DNA of 64,000 nucleotides, taken from NCBI GenBank assembly GCA_040954595.2, contig CM082578.2, positions 7,797,519-7,861,518 of the forward strand. Direction: 5' to 3'. The first letter of the stretch is position 1. Each line of letters starts with the position of its first letter. The notes under the pieces were generated by a model. That model made no database searches, was not told the origin of the DNA, and saw nothing but the letters and a program-made list of their open reading frames with translations. The translations under genes were made by a program, and so were the position numbers. Below are positions 26,979 to 60,500 of this stretch, piece by piece. Source of the DNA: Balanoglossus misakiensis (lineage: Eukaryota > Animalia > Hemichordata).

Positions 26979-29647
26979 ACACACACACACACATACATAC
27001 ATACATACATACATACATACATACATACATACATACATACATACATACATACATACATACATACATACATACATACATACATACATACTGTATTTGAAGT
27101 GCCTAAATGTACCATTGATAATGGGTACATATAATTGGTAACATGAATTTAGTTGCAAGTAATCATCAAAAATGTCATTTTATTCTATAGATTAAAGTGA
27201 GAGGTGCAGAGAAGAAACGCAAAAACTTAAGAGAAAGAGCACTCACTAGAGCAAAGTCAATGTACAGACCAGAAAGAGTTATATCCGAAATATTCTTATT
27301 ACAATTGGTGTCTACAAAGGTATAGGTCCCTTTCTCACAAATAACAGGTTGTTCATTTTGATGGTACATTGACAGTGTATCAGTACTACCTATAATCATA
27401 CTTTGGGTACTGTACCATTTTTTTCATTTCATATATTTATAACTTTTACTCAGATACATAATTGTGTTGAAAACAGTTCTGTTTGATAAATTGTTGCTAT
27501 TGTTTTGTTATCTTACTATCATTATCATCAACAACACCTTGTGATATATTTTTTGATAGGGAACGATTCAAGACTTTGTACAGCATGTGTTTGATGCACT
27601 ACTTACGCTGGACAAGCAGCAGTACCCAATGTTTCCACCCCCTGTCAAGTACATGTTTGACTTCCTGGACAGTCTGGCTGATAAGCATGGTGATGGGGAT
27701 GAGGATGTTGCCCACATCTGGAAGAGTAACAGGTTAGTTATCGATGCAGCTCTATCTTGCTTTAAGTGAAATAATGCCATTTAATGAACAATGTTCACTC
27801 TCCAATTCTTATAAATCATTACCTTTCGCCGATATTTAGTTGGCTGAATTTTCAAGCTTTTTAGAAGAGTCTGAAGAAATCGATCAGCTTGCACAGGTGT
27901 CCAGTTTATAAACTGATTGAATTTCTTTTAACATTGTGTACTAAACTCATACTGAAATATCTAGATATGACTTATTACTAACACGAATATTCAAACCACT
28001 TACAGTTTGCCATTGAGAATCTGGGCCATCATGCTGAAGTGTCCAAACTTTGTGTTTGATATCAAAGCATCTCCGACTGTGATTGCAAGTCTTGATATCG
28101 TTGCTCAGACATTTATTGATGCATGCTCCAAAGTTGAAAGAAAACTTGGTGTGGTAAGTATTTGAACATCAAGGATTTCTTCTGCTGAATATTGTTAAAG
28201 CTCAAAAGTTCAAGCGATGTGACACTGATGCATTAATGATGGAGCAAGGAAATGTATTCATTTGACATGGAAAGTTAGTCTTAGTTGTGTATTGCTCTGT
28301 CAAGGAAAACTGCCAAGTCTTTTGAAAAGTTTCCATAGACAAGAGTAGTTTTTGAATATCAACTTCTTGACATTGTGCATATTGCAGCAATCCCCTGCAG
28401 TAAAGTTATTGTACGCCCGGGAACTGGTGACCTACAAAGAGATGGTGGATACTTATTATAATGATATTAAGGATCTACCAAGTGTGAGTGATTCGCAGTT
28501 GAGTTCATACATGGAAGAAAACTTCTTGGTGAGTTTTTGCCGATATCAGTGGTATATTCAGTGCATATTGGGAAAAGTTAATTATTTTAAGTATTATGTA
28601 TGTGTTCCAAGACCACATTCTAAATGTATTTATTGAATCCATAAATTTTTATCACTGGCTTTTATGTCTCCAGCCTAATTTATAATAATGAAATACTGGG
28701 TTCTTTGTATTGTACATCGGCGCATTGTGATTGTATGTGATTTGAGTTCCCCATGTGCAACAATCATCAATTGCTTGATTGTAATGCTCTCTTTCCTCTG
28801 TAGGAACTTGGTGGTGGAAAGTTTAACAGGATGGTTGCGTTAAATGAACTTTACAAATATGCAACTAAATATGGAGATAGGGTAAGAAAACAATCTTAAA
28901 GTAATTTTTCATGTCTGTAAATATGACGTCAACTGAAATATTTTAATGTTCTTCAAAGATCAAAAATTATAAAAAAGTGAGCACATACATGGATAGTGAG
29001 ACAATGTGTTCACTATGTTCTTCTTTAAACACATCAACCCTGGTGACGTATGAAAGCAATATGAATATATTCTCTCATGTTCTTATAATTATGTGCATAG
29101 TGTATACTTTCATGAATATACACAGAACTCTTAGACCATACAATCTTTGACCATTCTACAACCTTGGCATTTGGTCAAATAAGCAGAGATTGAACAGTTT
29201 CATTGAAATTGTTGCATTTGCATTAATTTAAATACTATAAACGATTTTTCAACAATGTAGATTCTGGATGCATTGGAAAATGACGAGGCTTGCCAGAAAA
29301 CACACCTAGCATTTCAATTGGAGCAAGTTTCAGCTACAATGGCCGAAAATGATTACCAGGCTTATCCAGGTGAACAGTCATCTGTTGAAGAGCCAGAGCA
29401 GCAAAACGCACCTACATATGAAGTCAATGAGGTTTCTGATCAACTGTCAGCAAAAACTGATGATGGACAACAGAAATCGGAATATGAAGTGATGTCGTCT
29501 GGAAAGCAGCAAGACGAATATGAACTTGCTGACATGTCCAGTCAACAGGAACACAATGAAACTCCACCTGCCAAACCGGCCGTGCCACAAAAACCACAGC
29601 ATCAAGGATTTAGCTATGGCATAGTCCTCCCAAAATCACAAGTCTAA
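10005..29647 (+). CDS. Plexin-1: full-length plexin (signal peptide, Sema, 3 PSI, IPT/TIG repeats, TM, split GAP with RBD insert, C-terminal extension), ~2013 aa
   Basis: 36 phase-consistent GT-AG exons: 10005-11093, 12757-12936, 13436-13570, 14022-14122, 14536-14668, 15125-15284, 15785-15881, 16071-16191, 16853-16993, 17280-17381, 17673-17766, 17927-18117, 18238-18392, 18627-18744, 19134-19270, 19777-19959, 20309-20402, 20701-20952, 21380-21556, 22065-22302 (TM), 22715-22860, 23307-23425, 23601-23666, 23978-24052, 24189-24255, 24736-24882, 25355-25511, 25810-25919, 26254-26344, 26626-26735, 27191-27319, 27560-27732, 28006-28153, 28388-28528, 28804-28881, 29261-29647. Motifs: SKLVRVC and SYTEVTLKC (Sema); [10 protein letters not shown]...DPYCGWC (PSI); P.SGP..GGT (IPT); AFAELQTD; FIRTLEEQ; [16 protein letters not shown]; [16 protein letters not shown] and [14 protein letters not shown] (RBD); WKSNSLPLRIW. 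Subfamily not assigned. Confidence 0.95.
13180..13346. repeat. Degenerate (GAAT)n/(GGAT)n microsatellite, intronic
   Basis: Runs of gaatgaatgaat, ggcagaatgaat and gatggatg. Confidence 0.9.
26923..27087. repeat. Compound (CA)n + (CATA)n microsatellite, intronic
   Basis: Directly visible; produces the spurious [12 protein letters not shown] ORFs in the track. Confidence 0.98.
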
Positions 29648-32316
29648 GTTCCATAAAATGTAATGCCAGTCTTTGTGTGGCACATATACTGATGTAGAAT
29701 CAGGTGTATGTGTATTTACATCGTACATGCATTTTCAGGGTTGTTATAAAAAATGAAAAGTCCAGAAATCAAAAGCACTCCTGGAAAATCCAGGAAAGTG
29801 TGAAATTTTCCCCTGAACTGGAAAACACTCAAAAAACGAACAAACCCTTGAATTCGTGCACACCTTAGATGGAAAATGAAAAAAATATAATGCACATCCT
29901 GTGATAAGTCAATATTAAATTATAATCAGTGGTATCGTTACTGTCTGTATTAATCGTTCACTCCAGCAGGAAATGCTGCATATGTTAATAAAATATGTCA
30001 AACATAAAATTTAATTGAGTAAACTGATATATGTCATTTCTGTAAATGTGTTATGCCTGTATAACAAATGTATACTGTGAACTAGATTCGCTGTTTTCTA
30101 ACTTGTCAAATGTACATACAGTTACAAGTAAGATATGTGGGATCAAAGTTAAATGTATTAAGGTTATGGCAATAACTTATAAATAAGTCACTCTGAGTTT
30201 TTTTATTGAAAATTGTCAAATTTAAGTTTACCAATAACTGCAGCAATCTTTTATATACATGTAATATTGTGGTGTGAATGATTGAAGTTTATATAGGATG
30301 TCAATAACTCAGTAATTTTGTAAAAATTGTGTACATTATTACTACTGCCAATATGCTGCAATTTTAATGTGTTTAATATTTGTATTTTTTAAAGTAATCA
30401 ATTTTCTTGTACATAAAACTGTTAAATTGTTTCATTAATTTGGCACTCATACCTTTAATTCACATTTATTTCATTTGGTGTTCTTTCTTAGCATCATGTA
30501 AATTTGCGTGGTAATATATTTTATAAAGATGAATTTCTAGCATTTTGATGAATATATTCATCAGTGTTAGAAACTGGTAGTGCCTTACTAATGCAACAGT
30601 AAAAAGTATTTTATGTATGCGCAATTTTTTTTTCATTTTGATATATCTGAATATGCAGTGAATTTCTAAAATTGAGTCCCATGATGATCATTACATCATT
30701 AGTAAGTTTAAGGCTGATAGTAAAGGATTGTTTTGTAATCTGTGTTATACGTGACAGTACTTGTACTTTTAGAAAATATGTACTATTTTTCAAAAGGATT
30801 TTATGAAGTCATGATATAATTATGCTAGACAACTTGGTGTGTTGTAATTTATTGATCTTGTAAGTACATGTATTAAGTTGCGAGGACTAAGAGTGTGCAA
30901 GTTCTGCCAACATAGATTTTGTACACACTGTTAACACCTGTGTATTTTTGTAAACAAATAATGTAACTTGTTTATGATCCTATTGTTCTCAACATAATGT
31001 TGAACTCAACCCGCCTTTGCATTCATTGACAAAATCATTTCATACAAATGTATGGCTGCGTTTTATCAATTATATTCATTTGTAGCTCTTTAAAAAGAAT
31101 CATCACAAAAATATTCTAACATATCCAGGACAAACATGTATGTAATTTACATTATTATTCAGTTTTATGAGAGAAAGATACTTATACTATATATTCAGAT
31201 GTTCTTATATTCTTAAATGTGTGTTTAAATGAAATTTGACAACTGACCTTGAAAAATAGTAAAACAATATCCGTGTTTGCTTTGTATATTGGAGAATATG
31301 TTAATATGTAAGACTTGAGACAACACTTTGCCATTGCTAGAAAAAAAGTACAGAGAAAGTAAGGATATTTGCATGAGTGCATACTCGATTCAGAGCAAAA
31401 TTTATTACAATATGAAATTCAATTACCATTGACAATTTCACATTATTTGTTCTAATAATAATAACTACATAATATTAAGTTACATTAAAAATGAATTACA
31501 GTACTGTCAATTTGACCAGTCAGAGATTAACGTTTTCACTTTTAAGTTGCCTTTTGAATATATCATAAGATTAAAGCTTGTGAACTAAAACAGGGTTTAG
31601 TGTTAAGTGACGAGTTGTTATTTTTATTAAAATAACCTCTCACCCTGGTGCTGGTCTAGTGTCCACCTGCCCTCTTGTGCCTTCACATTTTATTATATAC
31701 TAGTAGCTCATCGGGACAACAGCTGTTAATGTTAATGATATGGTTTGTTTGACTCCAGCTTTCTGATTGGTTGAAGCTGGGTTTTATAATTTGTACTAGA
31801 AGACCTATGCTCTAGAAAGTAAATAATTAATTAAAAAAAAAAAATTGAACAAAAAGAAAGCACACCCAATTAACGCAATTCCAGTGCCACAAATCCCAAA
31901 ACCTTTAACTTTGATGTAATAAACTGAGCAACAATGAACATATGATCACCTTCGCGGGAAAATACACTTTGTTGCCACGGAGGGTGCCAAACGGTATCAA
32001 ATCCACCAATGAACTATATATAGAGGGTCTAACAAACGATGGTCATGGATTGCATCAAGAGTTGTAGCGAGTATTGTTGCCATCAAGTTTGCTTTATTTA
32101 TCAATCGAACTAGCTTAAGATTATGGGACGGATCACCATCTGTGTGACCTACACCAGGACAGGTCACAGAACCCTTGTTTATGTCATTACATCAACCCTG
32201 TTTACGTCATCAGCCGGAACTATTTTCACTTTCTTTGTAGTCTGGTTCCCTGGCCCGCATTTCCCGGTAGAGGGCGTGGAGGGGAAAAGAGTCAGATACC
32301 AGCTTGAGTACATGCT

Positions 32317-32419
32317 TGTAGTTGTACCTGTTACAGTCCCTCTCTTCTATAGAGGGACTATGTATGTGTAGTTGTACCTGTTACAGTCCCTCTCTTCTAT
32401 AGAGGGACTATGTATGTGT
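32317..32419. repeat. Exact 50-bp tandem duplication, each unit containing an AGTCCCTCT-N7-AGAGGGACT hairpin
   Basis: tgtagttgtacctgttacagtccctctcttctatagagggactatgtatg occurs twice head-to-tail in the intergenic region between the plexins. Confidence 0.9.
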
Positions 32420-33559
32420 TTCGGCCGCTGGTACGTGCAATTTGCCACGAACAATTTTGGAAAAATGCATTTCTAGAACCTTCCGCGACATGTCAACATT
32501 TGTGTACACAAGTAATGCCGCTCTATTATTTACACACGTAGGCCTACAGGTCCAAGAAGAAATAAAAATATAAAGAATAACGGACTAGGGTAATGTAGGT
32601 TTGTATAGCACCTTTACTTACAATTAAAATATACTCTGTGATAAAATGAAGTTGATTTGATTTGGGTTTACGATCATTTCAGTTGTTGACAATGCTATAA
32701 ACATGTAGGTTTACGACTATAAGCATAGGCTACTGACAACGTCCACTGATGAGGGGCGTGTGAACAGATCGTGCCAACCAAACAATGTTTGATAATTTAG
32801 GAGCCACTCGTATTTGTGGGTGTGATTTGTAAGGGTTTTATAAGGCAATACATAACTTTCCACCCCATCCCCATCCGACTTGACTTGAGACCACACGCAA
32901 TCGCTTCATCTGAGCCACTGTCTGACCAGGTCTAAGCATTCTGCGCGCGAGACTGCCAAACAGCACCCATCGCGCGATCATCAGGTAGGTAGGCTTCATC
33001 ATTTATTCATTCTTCATAATGCCGCGCCTAACTTGCGAAAAACAACAACTTGAAAACTATGAATAATATATGTATGATGATAGGCGATTATAAACTATCA
33101 TGCGACTTACGTATTATCATATGATCAAGAAGCTCACAATAGAAAAGTTTAGTGAAAACCAGCACACTTACGGAACTCACCACGCGGCATCTTGAAATTC
33201 GATTTTATTGACTTTGTGATCGGATTTTCCTAACCAGCACCTATTTGTATAATTATTTTTCACGACGTACAGGAAACATAAGCTGCCACCCTGCAGTTGT
33301 TATGCGAAAATATTGTTCTCAACATTGAGAGGTCAAGCATGAGGGCCTGTAGACTTACTTTTCACGTATTTTGTATGATTTCGCCTTGGTTTTTTTTGTA
33401 AAGAATGGATGGATTGTTCACAAAAGGGACAAACTTTGACACTGCCAGGTCTGCCCATGGAGCTACCACATGGTCTGCCAGGTAAAGGTTTATGCTTGAC
33501 CCCCGATTGGTGTGTAAACAATTGCGCAGTGCAAACATGAAACAAACAAAGAAAAACAT

Positions 33560-33683
33560 TCAATCTTATTTCCGTCTTCCGGGTTCATCCGAGGTCGTTT
33601 AATAGAATAAGAACAGTTAATCCAAAATACTGGATATCCTGTCTTTCTGGCCCGGACGTTAGTAGGGCAAATTACTGGTAAGT
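33560..33683 (+). promoter_or_regulatory. Putative promoter and non-coding first exon of plexin-2
   Basis: CpG-containing stretch with TTCCG (ETS-like) motifs at 33571-33583 and a strong donor CTG|GTAAGT at 33678. The coding exon has an acceptor (cctaaag, 34358) upstream of a gccATGg start. Confidence 0.35.
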
Positions 33684-34386
33684 TTATTCACAACAGATTC
33701 GAGAAATATGCCCCCTCGGAAATGTAAACATATGTGAGTTAGTCACTGTTCCTCCGTCTGCTTCAATGCAAGTATGCTCTGATCGATAAAATTCAAGACA
33801 AGAAATGTATGTTTAATATTGGTAATGACACGTTGAAATACGTTTTATAATTCGTGTACATACTTCGTATGTCCATATGTCCATCGAGAAAAATTAATAG
33901 TAGGCAGTGTCCTAATCACAATAATCATATTCTTCGATATCAAATGACGTCAGACGGTCAGGTGCAGTTACGTACGTTGGCATTCAAATTTCCATGCAGA
34001 TGACGGACAACTTCAGCAATGTGGTGCAGACAAAGACTGTGCAGACGAAATGCAATGAGGCTGATGAGGCACCATACGTAATACATGTTACGTGTCTGGC
34101 GGTTCTAGAGTATAAACATACCCGGAAAAACTTTTACTGGATGCCAAAATATTGTTTGTCCGTCACCTGGAAATGGCAATGCCGTGGGTTACATGGCGAG
34201 ATCACGTGATTGATATTAAAGAATGGGCCCGGATTACACCAAGTCGGCGTTGTCACAATGGAATCTAAAGTTGTAACCAGACTACTGAAAGTGCACAATG
34301 TTAAACACTTTAGAAGCCCAATTAATTTATTTATAATTTAATTTTTGATATCCTAAAGGTTGAAGGCGAGTTCGATGTGCATCGCC

Positions 34387-53969
<19,583 letters not shown>

Positions 53970-56651
53970 GCCTTTCCCCTGAAGACCAGAAGTACTGCTG
54001 TATCACTTCACGAGTTATATTTGCTATGTGATATTGTTAAGAACACCTTTTCATCTTTTTCGTGAAATCACAGACAATAGAGTTCATATTCTCCTTAGTA
54101 TTTACCAGTTAATTTCAGTAGATTTTGATGCGGTTAATTTTCGTTCCCACATCTTAATTAAAAAAATCTAAAATATAAATTGAAATGTTGATCTATATTA
54201 CACCATTTTCAGATGTATCTATCATGCATTGTATCTTGTATATTCAGGATGTTAGCAATAATCAAATAATAACTTTTCAGTGAAAGGCGTGTTTTACTTC
54301 AATAGATAACATTAACCTTAAGTTGACTGTGGTGTACCGCCCTATCGACAGGGATATAAGTTAATTGCAGTGTTGCCCGCTATGGCATTTTACATGTAAT
54401 TGATTTTTTCTCTGAAACCACTAGTCATACTGATTTGGTATTTTACACAGTAGGTCACAAAGGGACAACTAAACCAGCCCGTCTGGTTTGAGAGGCTGAT
54501 GTGATTGTAGAACTTACGACATTTAACCACTTTTATCTCATTCTCATTGATTTATATGCTGATAATGCTTGTTGAACGGAAAGCAAACATGCATTTTTTA
54601 AATTTTGCGTTGTATACGTAGTTAGATGTCAATACACGTTTTATCGGCAAACCCTTTCTGTGTTCGACTGTACGTCTTTCTTGATTGATCGGCTGATAGA
54701 GAGGGCATCTATTTCAAAATAGGGATTCCTGATGTTGGGTCAATTGCATCCGAAAAATTCACATGAGCGCTTTACTGTTATAAACATATATATCCGGTAT
54801 GTTACACTATTGACTGGTGAATATGATTGTAAATTTAAATGGCATTTGTCTGTCTGTTATGTGTAGTGTGTGCTGTGATTAAAGTGAACCCCATTATGTT
54901 CTCTATCCGATCTGACGTGTCACGTGTTTATAATTTCTGGGGTCTTTGTTCTTTTGCTTTTCTTTCGTGATGATTTTAAATCTTCTTTTTTTTAAACATT
55001 ACTATGACCCGGCGAAAGACTGACTTGACAACCGGAAATTTTACAGACTGATGAGGCCCTAGACATTAAGCAAATGTTACACGTCCTCGCAGGTGACTGA
55101 TATACGTTCGATCGAATTCTGAGCACGTGACACAGACTAAACATTGACGAGAAGTTTTATATTAACTACGTCCTTGCAAAATAAACACGGCGTGAATGCA
55201 GTGCCACCTGCTTAATGATTGAGTACACGACACGAACACCCATCACGTGGTTTCTCGAGGGGCGTTTATGTCTTGTAGACACTGGAAGACATTTCAGTTA
55301 TGAAACTCTGCGTTCAATAAGGCAAGAGAATGTCAGAATGGAGGAACAAACTCTGCCCGTGTGTTAGACTGCACAGTGTAAAATAACACCATACCGCATA
55401 TTAAATATGGTTATCCCCCCCCCCCCACCTGCATCTGCTATAATAAGATTTGACACTTTTCGACTATAGGCATTACTACCTTGGGCGTTTTTTTACGTCA
55501 AGGTTCTTGTTTCTCGATTACGCGGCGCCAATTTTCTTTTACGGTGACAGCCCACAGAACCCCATTCCGCATAGAGACGGACCAAACGATGTAGAAAGAC
55601 TGTTGCCAAGTCCAAAGTCCAGGTTTCTACCTACATGACGTCAGAATCGAGGAAACAGGCGTGTTAATCACACACAACAATAGAGGGAAGGAACTGTGCA
55701 CTCCGATAATCGTTTTCGTTACTATTTTCGTTAACATTGAATAAAAACACAAACTTCAGTGGTGTAAGCTCGGGTCTTCAAAACGTTAAGACATTGGTGG
55801 AGCAGGGTAAGTCTGTTACTGTCAATCGTATGTTGATATATTCGTCACTTCGTATGTGGTATTCAAAATGGCGATTGCTACTTTGTGCTTTGGCAATCTG
55901 ATACAGGTGATACGCACAGTTGCATTTTTATGTTCAAAGGGGCGTCTGAATACTGCAACAGATCAAAATTAGACCTATTAACGTACGGTTTACCTGGCCG
56001 ACATTGATTTATAAACGTGTTTTATTACTCAGCAGCAGTGTGTGAATATATTTGTATTAGCATAGGTGTTGTGTCGGTAAATGTTAAATAAACGGAACAG
56101 AAACCCAGTCTGCTGATATTGGGATATGATGTCATTGGGCCTAGGCTGTGGTGTCATCGATAGACAGACACCATTTCAGACAGTTATAAGCCGTTCGGTA
56201 AAAAAATCAAATCGGTCCAAATTATTATCTTGTAAGAGAACGAGCCGAGTATTACCTTTGTTGTTGTTATGTCCACTTGTGTGACGTTTATTCTGAATAG
56301 GTGACCCAGAAACGCCGTGCATGCGTTTACGAAATAGGCGTGTGTATATTGAGTCCGAGATATTTTCCGGATACTTTGTAAGAAAAGTTTGAAATGTCCA
56401 CTTCCCGATTGTATTAAGACACCAGTGACATCACATAAAGCCAAAGCGATGGCTTCTTTTGTATCACGAGACTGGTTTTATAATTACCTGTAATCATTTC
56501 TCTATGTTGAGAGCTTATTTAGTTGTCCGATTGCTAAGTTCACTTTGCTTTGCTGTACTTTACCGTCGATTCGAAACCACCTTGTATGAACTTTTGACGT
56601 ATGCCGTACGCAAAATTGACATCGTAATTTTGGATTTGGCTTTCTGTAGCC

Positions 56652-57504
56652 ATGGACGCCTACATGCTGCTGTTACTTCTAGTTACACCACTCCTGCTGG
56701 AAGCTCAGCCGGTAGAGACTCATTCTAGACATAGAGGTATGTATAACTTTGGTCTGGATCCCCGTCTATAGACTTTAAGAACGTGCATTGCTGCTTCACA
56801 GTGGTGTCTCTGCATATGCATGCATATGTGTCAGACATTACTAGTTTTTTGAAAAGGAGCGCTCACCAATTACACTCAGTGTTTTTATTCATACAAAAAA
56901 CAGATACCATAGGCCTAATCCAGAAAAAGATATTGCAGCATCTGCGTATTGTTAGCCTACTGCCAGTATAGTATTAACATGTACAGGGTATTATAGAAAG
57001 TAGGATAAATGAAGATTACCAGATTGCCTTACCCTCTGCCATCAGAAAAAAAACCTTTATATTTATTCGTTGATATTTCAGAAAAAAATGAATACCGCTT
57101 TGTAGGATCGCATCTTCAAAACGGCACAGGAGTTTTCACTTCGCCCAACTTTCCCGATCGCTATCCAGGAGGCTATCATGTATATTCATATCTATTAGAG
57201 AATAGCGATGGTGGTCATGTCAAATTGATTTTTGACGACTTTCTGCTGGCAGACGAACAACTGGACAACTGTAAAGTAAGAAATCATTATTGCAGGCAAT
57301 ATATATAAATTTATAAGTGAATTAATGTGGATGGAAATTAATACATTTTAATAATCAAAGAAGCAACTCCGCAAGAGCTGAAATCTATTTATTTGTTTAC
57401 TTTGGGGTAGCTATTACACCATGCAGTGTTAGGCATATACACGTACATGTACAACGTGTATTATTTATTCATATGATATTAATTAATTGGTTTTCAAGTT
57501 TCAT

Positions 57505-57568
<64 letters not shown>

Positions 57569-60500
57569 ACACACAGATCTGCAGAGATGGAAACTGTACA
57601 GAAGGGCTGTACATGTACCACTATGGCACCAATAGACCAGGCGCTGTCATCTCCATGGGTTCACAGATGAAAATTGAATTTACATCCGTGTCTGACGCCC
57701 ACGTCTTTGCAGTTGGTTTTAAGGCGACTTATCAGTTTGTTTCTTCCAGCTATTGGGAATACAAACCTCAAGGTATGGATAGTGATTTAGTGATTTAGTG
57801 ATTTAGTAGCTGAGACCGAAAAGAGATGGACGGATAGTTTGTAGCTGTGTTTTTGCGATTAATCGGCACGCATTGTAGCTGTTTCTCCAACTGTGGTTTC
57901 ATACTTCAGTAGTATAAGTTATGTATAGTTTGGGCGTGATTTTTGACGCAGGTCCTAGTACTACCGCAGAATCTTAACTACATCCGATGGTTTTCTTTGA
58001 AGTTTTAGCGCACCACGAAAAAGGCTATTATTCTCAGAATTGACGTTGGCCAACGACGTTTCTTGTTTCAGTGGCGGGAATTTTCCACAATGAGCCTTCA
58101 CGGCAGCTATTCTACAGCTCACGTGATTGGTGGGAGGATATCAACGTGGATGTAGTGTGGAGTATCAAAGCCCCAACTTCTCATCAAATCTGGCTCAGAT
58201 TCAACGTCTCCCTCAGCTGTAGGTATTCCGAAAAAAAAAAGTTTGTATGGAAATGAAAAACAACAAACTTCGTGGCACAATTACATTTACTTTAGTAACG
58301 GTGAATGGATACAAAAGGCCCAGTTTATTAATGGGGCAATGTTGAGTTACACCAAAAAGACATATATACACCCAAGTAACTCGCACTTTGTAACTTCAAG
58401 CTGTACAAGTGTCGTAACGTGAACGCATTCCTCTCAGTGAGAATGTAGCACAAATGTAGTTATTCAGGAAAATAGTGCGAAAAGATTCAGTATTTGTATG
58501 GTATACACTCTTTTGTTTGATTAATAGTCACAAAATATGCACACAGTCAACAACACTAAAAACCACGTATAATTTGACATATAATGTCACTCTTTGACTT
58601 GTCCGAACAGACGACTTCCCAACACCAGCCATTGTAATCCGCGACGGAATCACATCAGAGGGATATGAGCTCGGTTACATCCCGGGTGGTTCATACGGTT
58701 ACGGCGAATACTCCGTGTTTTCAAACAGCGACGGCATGTACGTCAGATTGAAGACGACTATGAAAGGAAACGATCAGAACAACTACGACTTCGTGTGGGG
58801 TCTTTATGTGGAATATATCGATGCAGGTAAACTTCCATTGGTTTGTGTATGGCACCGTATAATTATCTTTAGACAAACCAATGTTGTTATTGTCCTAGAA
58901 ATCCTCAAAATTTTCTCTTTTTGAAGGCTTTATAAGTAAATAAAGTTCGCCGATATATATATAACATATAGTATGTTGCTCTTCACTGTACCTTGTGCAC
59001 ACAGGTTCCGTGGAATATGAATGTCCTGATGATTACTACCTTTGTTCAACCACCGATATGTGTGTCAGCGAGAGTCTGACGTGTGACAGTGTGAACCACT
59101 GCGGCGATTGGAGCGATGAATCCACATACACTTGTGCGGGTAAGTTACTGTAATAGTTTCAGTCAAGATTTCACAGTGGTGGTGCATCTTGGTGTCATAT
59201 TGACTAGGGGGAGAAGGCACATGCATGTATGGCTGCCGATCAAGGGATAGGGCTCATACCCTTATCAGAGTAAGGATGTTCAGTGAACATGTGCTCAATG
59301 CACATGAAGATCTGGAAAACACGAAGACATAGTATCATTCCCTGTCAACGAAGAGGATGAACGGAATTACAGCATAAATAAGTTACCCTGGTACCGGCAA
59401 AGCTTACGTTTTGTGCCGTGTATACATACTGACATTCTATATCTATTTTTTCATTCAGATCATTGCAGTGGGTGTTACCATGGTAACTGTCAATGTTACA
59501 GTGACGAGTCCTGTAAATGTATATGTGATGAGGGTTACTATGGAGAAAACTGTGAAAAGAAGGATGGTAAATTCATTGTTTTCTAGAATTCATTGATGTC
59601 CCAGAGTGCACTTCTGTACTTTTCCGTCATATCCCCCCCCCCCCCCCACTGATTTGGACGTTTTGCCAGTTGGACAGAATGTGGTCACTGTTTTTTATGC
59701 CCGGTTTGATCATTGTCACTTCGAGGACAGAGTCTACAACCAACAATATTATGCATGCCCTAAGCTCAGTTGACAACATAGCCCTGTATTTGAACAGAAC
59801 AAACTGATATGATCCACTGCAATTCAAAAACTCCAAAAGGGACCACTGACCTACCAAAGGGGAACCACCACTTAAATGTAACTGTATATATTTGAATCGT
59901 TATTTGTTTTTCTTCTCAGACTGTCCATATTGCTATAATGGAGGTTACTGTGATACAATCAGTCATATATGCGTTTGTCCTGAGTCTTTCTACGGAGCAC
60001 AGTGTGAATATTACTACTCAGGTAGGATGTTAAGTATACCGCTGTTTCTAACACAAAGTTCTTCATCTATAAATCTGGTGTTCATCATGGCACGAAGTCT
60101 CAATATATTAAAGGGGATCTGTCACCTTTATTTTACATATGCATATATATGGCGAGTCTATGTGTTCAGGTGACCATATGGTTGCGCAATTGTTTTCGCG
60201 TGAGCCATCCACTGAAAATCTGTGATTGGCTAGATTTGAATTTTCCATGGTAACAGTGCTTACATTTGCACAGGCAACCGTGTTGTGTTTAGCCACTATT
60301 TTGTTTTACACGATCCCACTCTTTTTGTTTCAGATGGTAATAGTTACTACACGATTCTGTACATCTGTGGAGGGCTGATTGGTCTGGTGCTAACATGTCT
60401 GTGCAGCTTGGCATTATCTAGAAGACGGTACAGCGGACGGCGAATGCCAAGTACGATAAGCGCAACCGCTGGATTTACAGAAGAAACAGGTTGGTGAAAA

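Noticed and set aside
26805-27158. ORFs with [12 protein letters not shown] repeats (also 39678-40074) and poly-Ser ORF 43780-44103
   Set aside because: Translations of microsatellites inside introns.
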